Below, in pieces: positions 61,655 through 64,000 of a DNA stretch of 64,000 nucleotides; position 1 is the stretch's first letter, and each line of letters starts with the position of its first letter. The DNA comes from Eledone cirrhosa (lineage: Eukaryota), in the NCBI GenBank assembly GCA_964016885.1, contig OZ024741.1, positions 146,010,001 through 146,074,000 on the forward strand. The letters are read 5' to 3'. A program made the translations under genes and the position numbers. The notes beneath the pieces were generated by a model, which saw only the letters and a list, made by a program, of their open reading frames with translations, had not been told where the DNA came from and did not search any database.

Positions 61655-63249
61655 TTAAACACTCAGCCATCCCTGGACATTAAAACAATGATGATGATAA
61701 TATAAAAATTACCCACTTGTAACAGCAAAGGGTTGAATGTTGCAATAGTATAATGTTAAATTTAGTAGAGGAGGAAATAATTCAAATATAGTATTTTATT
61801 AATAAACTTTTCTATTGTTCAAAAATATATTATTTCAATTAGACTATGAAGGGTTAAATTAACAATTGTTTTATCTTCTAACTCTTTTTCCATCTCTCTC
61901 TTTTTTTATTTTGTTCTCTCTTTCCATCTCTCATCACTTTCCATATTTCCTTTTTCCACCTCTTTCTTTCTTTTTTCACTCTTTCCATCTTACATGCTCT
62001 TCCCACCCTTCTTTTCCTTTCAATCTTTCTCTCTCTTTAGTTTAACATTCACCATCCTACTGCTTTCTTTCACTATTTTCTGTTTCTAATTCTATATCAA
62101 GCAAATATTCACAACTGAAGTAGAAAATGTTGGATGGTAAATATAAGTCAGCAATATGAATGCATAAGCATGTCTGCCACCATCAGATTCCAGTCCACTT
62201 AATTGGTTTCTAGTCAATCAAGGAAATTCTCTTCTAACATAACATGAAATTGTTAATATAAAATTTCACATGTAAGCATGCAACATCATAATTTTGTACA
62301 TCCAAATAATGAGGCTTCATTTTAATTGATTTTTGAAAAGCTCTTTCTCAATGTTAGTGGTAATATTTTTACATATATTTTTTTCAGTATTTTTAAGAAC
62401 TATCTAAAAAAAAAATAATAATAATAAATAAATAAAGCAAAATATCTGATTGCCAGATCAGACCAAGGAAACAATAATTCCACTGGTCTTTCTATTGCTG
62501 ATACTATCTACCAAGTGAAACTCCTGCCAGAAGGAGGCAGGATTTGAAATCAGGACACAGAGCTAGATCTAGTACTACAAAGTATCCAACCAAACTCTTT
62601 GGTGCTGATCTAATAATCTCATGGTCTTGAACCATTTTACTGTGAGAAGTTCTAGATAGTTATCATCAACATACTGGACAACCAATAGAGGGGTTGGCAT
62701 TTTCAATTTTGTCACCAGTGCTCCTTCAGTGCTCAGTATTTTTGTATCCCTATCCTCATCAGCTCCTCATTAATCACTATGCCTTGTCCTGCCTCATAGA
62801 TCCTTAGTACATTTTTTTAATTCCTGCAGCTGTCAACTTTATTGATCACTGGTCCTTTCCTTCCTAATGGAGCTGTAGGGACACCATTGTGACATACAGC
62901 ATGTCTCAGGGTTTTAAACCTGGCAGTGCCCATCCATTTCCAAGTTTGTCAATAGCAAATTTCTTCCAGAGAGGGAGAAAGAGAGTGAGTGAGACAGAGA
63001 GAGACAAAAAGAGGAAAATAAAGAGAGAAAAATAGAGAGAAAGTCTGAGAGAGAGAGAAAGAAAGAGATAGGTGGAGTGAAGAATTGAACCCAGTACTTG
63101 ACTGGTACTTTACTGACCTAGGAAGGATGAAAGGCAAAGCTGGCCATGACATAATTTGAATACAGAGTTCAGAAAACCAGAATTAATACTGTGAAGCATT
63201 CTATTTGATGCCCCGATGACCCTGTTAATTTACTACTGTTGTGAACACT

Positions 63250-63662
63250 ATATTATCTTCATGATGTGAAAAATATTCCATCAGCATTGCCCAAATGATG
63301 TTGGCATCAGCTTTAAAGTACACCTAAGGCTTGTGTGCCATGCTATCTGCCCACAACAAAAATGAAATGTGCATCTCATAACATTACGGCACAATAATTT
63401 CACCTCAATTGGTCCTGCATCTTTAAAATTACACAAAACACATTAAAACAGAAACAGATCCCATAAAATTCAAAACATTTTTGGACAAATTCCTCCAAGA
63501 GATCCGGGATAAATCTCCTACATCCAGATATGTCTCCATAAACAATAACTCTCTATTTCAGTGGACCATGGCCAAATCCTGATTTGAAAGATTTCACCAG
63601 GTGGTGCTATTAAGTTAGACATGGCCTGGGCCAATACTGGCTGAAAGTTATCAAAGTTATAT
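63250..63662 (+). mobile_element. CR1-group LINE 3' end, decayed
   Basis: GP...D..KFKTFLDKFLQEIRD..P..YVS..NNSL, typical of a CR1 C-terminus, followed by a short 3' UTR. Confidence 0.6.
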
Positions 63663-63904
63663 TTATATAAGGGAGAGCATCCAGCCATAGAAACCAAGAC
63701 AAAATACAAATCCGTATGAGTAAGACATGGAATGGATCTGATTTCTCTCTTAACATGACAACCTGTCTAACCTATGCAATCATGGACGTTAGATGATGAT
63801 GATGATGATATATATATATATCGACAGTTGATCAATTTTGTCAAATTGGACTGGGGAAACTATGTTTCCATTGGTCTTTCCAATTGCTAATACTATCTAT
63901 TGGT

Positions 63905-64000
63905 CACAACATGAAATAAAGAGTCTTGCTCAAGGACATAATGCATCAGCCAGTCCAGGAATCGAACTCACAACCTTACGATTGTGAATTCGATTCTCTA
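63905..64000 (-). mobile_element. tRNA-derived SINE (CORE-like), runs off the window
   Basis: gtcttgctcaaggaca..ggaatcgaactcacaacctt; same family as 58790-58932. Confidence 0.75.

Overview
Eukaryotic, AT-rich, microsatellite-dense DNA made almost entirely of repeats. The SINE types, RTE/Dong/Tx1/Penelope content and (TA)n/(CA)n/(TAA)n/(GAT)n density suggest a coleoid cephalopod such as octopus (inference). No host protein-coding gene, tRNA gene, rRNA or CRISPR array is supported. Contents: (1) a 6.6-kb 46/47-bp satellite at the left edge; (2) many decayed non-LTR retrotransposons: RTE copies with a PHD-type finger inside the RT, a BovB-like RTE ending in three C2H2 fingers, R4/Dong-like RLE elements stacked in (TAA)n, Tx1/L1-clade and CR1 pieces; (3) tRNA-derived SINEs, a maT/mariner remnant and MITEs. 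The most striking unexplained signal is a set of at least six sequence-unrelated, non-coding fold-back (inverted-repeat) elements in or next to (TA)n between 34.4 and 59.6 kb. Each carries a type I hammerhead-ribozyme motif, intact in some and decayed in others, with its 3' end pointing outward. One locus has two same-strand hammerheads exactly 522 nt apart (retrozyme/circular-RNA architecture). A Naiad-like Penelope GIY-YIG element, a plausible mobilising partner, lies next to the cluster. All structures were read by eye; none was computed or searched.
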